Position numbers and translations under genes: made by a program. Under the pieces are notes generated by a model. That model did no database searches. It saw nothing but the letters and a program-made list of their open reading frames with translations, and was not told where the DNA came from. From Patescibacteria group bacterium (GTDB lineage: Bacteria > Patescibacteriota > Gracilibacteria > Peribacterales > Peribacteraceae): DNA of 26,118 nt. Where the stretch lies: assembly GCA_038064175.1 (NCBI GenBank), contig JBBTTQ010000034.1:1-26118 (forward strand). Direction: 5' to 3'. Shown here piece by piece: positions 24,507-26,118 of this stretch. Each line of letters begins with the position of its first letter. The first letter of the stretch is position 1.

Positions 24507-24683
24507 ATGCATCTTTTTTTCCTTTCACTCCTTCTTTCAGCTGAAACAGCATTCGCTCAATCACCTTGGATCATGCCCCATTTCTGGTTCTCGAAACCAG
24601 GACCGCTCTGCGGCGAAGGATGGACCACACCGGGACTCGGACTGATCTGGGACAATGTCCCGCTGTCGGTTTGTATTTTTTGA
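24507..24683 (+). CDS. Putative 58-aa secreted Trp/Cys-containing peptide (below the ORF-track cutoff)
   Basis: MHLFFLSLLLSAETAFA|QSPWIMPHFWFSKPGPLCGEGWTTPGLGLIWDNVPLSVCIF*; preceded by TGTAAC-N16-CGTTTC (24471-24498). Confidence 0.4.
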   Translation: MHLFFLSLLLSAETAFAQSPWIMPHFWFSKPGPLCGEGWTTPGLGLIWDNVPLSVCIF

Positions 24684-24887
24684 TCAGCCCTACATGACAC
24701 AACTAAAAAAGAATTGAGCGGCTGTTATATGGATCTGCCAAAATGTGGAGAGAAGTGTATAGCGCCACCACATAGTGTCATGCAGAGAGGGTGGAGAGAG
24801 AAGCGTGGAGACTATTGCCCAACTGTGTCTCCTGTGCCAAGGGGATACCGAAATCTGCGTATGGATATCGCGAATGTTTCTGAAGGG

Positions 24888-24962
24888 TGGAGCCGCTGAC
24901 CGGACTTGAACCGGTGACCCACGGTTTACGATACCGTTGCTCTACCACTGAGCTACAGCGGC
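24888..24962 (-). tRNA. tRNA-Thr(CGT)
   Basis: Full cloverleaf: GCCGCTG/CAGCGGC acceptor, D arm GCTC-AGTGGTA-GAGC, anticodon arm ACGGT-ATCGTAA-ACCGT, T arm ACCGG-TTCAAGT-CCGGT, encoded CCA; 75 nt. Confidence 0.95.
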
Positions 24963-24972
24963 TTAGACTGCC

Positions 24973-25001
24973 AGTTTAAGGTTTGAAATGGGGCAGGACA
25001 A
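24973..25001 (-). promoter_or_regulatory. sigma70-type promoter of tRNA-Thr, back-to-back with the dprA promoter
   Basis: TTGTCC-N17-TAAACT (minus). Plus strand has TGt-TACAAT at 25015-25023 for dprA. Confidence 0.55.
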
Positions 25002-25032
25002 GCGTGTTTGGCGCTGTTACAATGGCTTCTCC

Positions 25033-26112
25033 ATGACTTCCCCGTTCGCCCTCACCTGGTCGTACCTGAATATCCTGACGAGGGAACGCTATGACGCGCT
25101 GCTCCAAGTCTTCGGGAATCTGGAGGAACCGCTCAAAATTATCAATGAAGAAATGCTCCGGGGACTCAGATGTCGCGAGGAAACGATTCGTCGGGCACTC
25201 ATCCGTCTGGAAGAATTCGATGCTGAGAAATATGCGGTGGATCTCACTTCACGAGGGATTTCTTTTCTGACGATCGGTGACGATGCGTATCCGAAGAAGC
25301 TCAAAGAAATCGGCGACCCGCCGCCTTTCCTGTATTACAAGGGTGATCTCTCCATTCTGGATCAGCCATGTATAGCGCTTGTGGGGACACGGGATATGAG
25401 CGCGCTCGGGAAACGCGCGGCGGAGCTCTTCACGTCCGCGGCAGTCCGTGCAGGGCTTGTCACCGTGAGCGGGCTCGCCCTCGGTATTGATTCCGTCGTC
25501 GCGAAGGAGACGCTCCTAGCCGGCGGCAAAACGGTGGCGGCCCTGGGTCACGGACTCGGGATGATGTATCCGCAGAGCAACGCAAAACTTGCCGCGGAGA
25601 TCTTAAAGACGGGCGGTCTGCTTCTCACCGAGTTCCCGCTGGATATTTCCCCCGACAAGTACACCTTTCCGGCGCGGAACAGAATCATCGCCGGACTGAC
25701 GCTCGGGACGATCGTCCTGGAAGCCCCGAAGGGGAGCGGGTCCATCATCACGGCGGAGCTCGCGCTCGAGTACAACAGGGACGTGTTTGCCGTGCCGGGG
25801 CCGATTTTCGACGAAGGCTACAGAGGCTGCAACGAACTCATTGCCAAGGGGCATGCAAAATTAGTCTCGACACCGGAGGATGTTTTCACGGAGATCGGTG
25901 TCATCGCTCCAGAAGCCCAAAAATCGACGTACTCACCGGAGTCTCCTGTCGAGGAAAAAATCCTCGCGGCCCTCACGAGCATGCCGCAGAAGGTCGATGA
26001 TCTGTTGGAGCGTTCGCTCCTGGACGCGTCTACCGTGCGTTCGACACTCACAATGCTGGAACTCGCGGGCGCGGTGAAGAATGTCGGGAATGGTGAATGG
26101 ATTCGGACATAG
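25033..26112 (+). CDS. dprA: DNA-processing protein DprA (Smf)
   Basis: YPKKLKEIGDPPPFLYYKG, IALVGTR, VSGLALGID, GKTVAALGHG, FPARNRIIAGL, SGSIITA, VFAVPG, C-terminal winged helix (LTMLELAG). Start ATG 25033 preferred. Confidence 0.96.
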   Translation: MTSPFALTWSYLNILTRERYDALLQVFGNLEEPLKIINEEMLRGLRCREETIRRALIRLEEFDAEKYAVDLTSRGISFLTIGDDAYPKKLKEIGDPPPFLYYKGDLSILDQPCIALVGTRDMSALGKRAAELFTSAAVRAGLVTVSGLALGIDSVVAKETLLAGGKTVAALGHGLGMMYPQSNAKLAAEILKTGGLLLTEFPLDISPDKYTFPARNRIIAGLTLGTIVLEAPKGSGSIITAELALEYNRDVFAVPGPIFDEGYRGCNELIAKGHAKLVSTPEDVFTEIGVIAPEAQKSTYSPESPVEEKILAALTSMPQKVDDLLERSLLDASTVRSTLTMLELAGAVKNVGNGEWIRT

Positions 26113-26118
26113 TTGCGG

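Noticed and set aside
24745-24892. GTGGAG repeats and an 8-bp copy of the tRNA-Thr 3' end (gggtggag at 24789 and 24885) as an att site or MraZ boxes
   Set aside because: The match is too short, no integrase is present, spacing is not a regular 10-bp period, and there is no mraZ.
24714-24899. 61-aa plus-strand ORF
   Set aside because: TTG start, overlaps the tRNA antisense, and has no motif.

Overview
Bacterial chromosomal window using the standard genetic code (TGA is a stop in map, rpmJ and rplM). The lineage is inferred, not searched, to be Patescibacteria/CPR, most likely Peribacteria/Peregrinibacteria. Grounds: no rpmD before rplO, SLH-rich secreted proteins, and leaders without Shine-Dalgarno sequences. 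Bases 1-10.7 kb: a TrpR/YerC-like gene, DJ-1/PfpI and an SLH+CAP protein, then the distal spc/alpha cluster (rplO-secY-adk-map-[antisense membrane gene]-infA-rpmJ-rpsM-rpsK-rpsD-rpoA-rplQ-rplM-rpsI). Most gene junctions there carry short 6-8 nt tandem repeats, often as inverted arms and mostly with different units, and adk has an in-frame palindromic insertion. Bases 10.8-24.7 kb: an accessory block dominated by exported proteins. It contains a candidate structured RNA, a subtilisin divergent from an orphan ECF sigma factor, a 1719-aa Lys-free acidic protein of about 44 Q/N-patterned 37-aa repeats behind an ECF-type promoter motif, an SLH protein with a duplicated Cys module, a Sec-type RTX-repeat protein, an M23 peptidase, and a 58-aa signal-peptide ORF missing from the ORF track. 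The window ends with tRNA-Thr(CGT) and dprA. The best candidate for an undescribed system is the S8 protease / ECF sigma / giant beta-repeat protein locus, a possible extracellular fibre or amyloid-like system. No database searches or folding programs were run; all calls come from reading the sequence.
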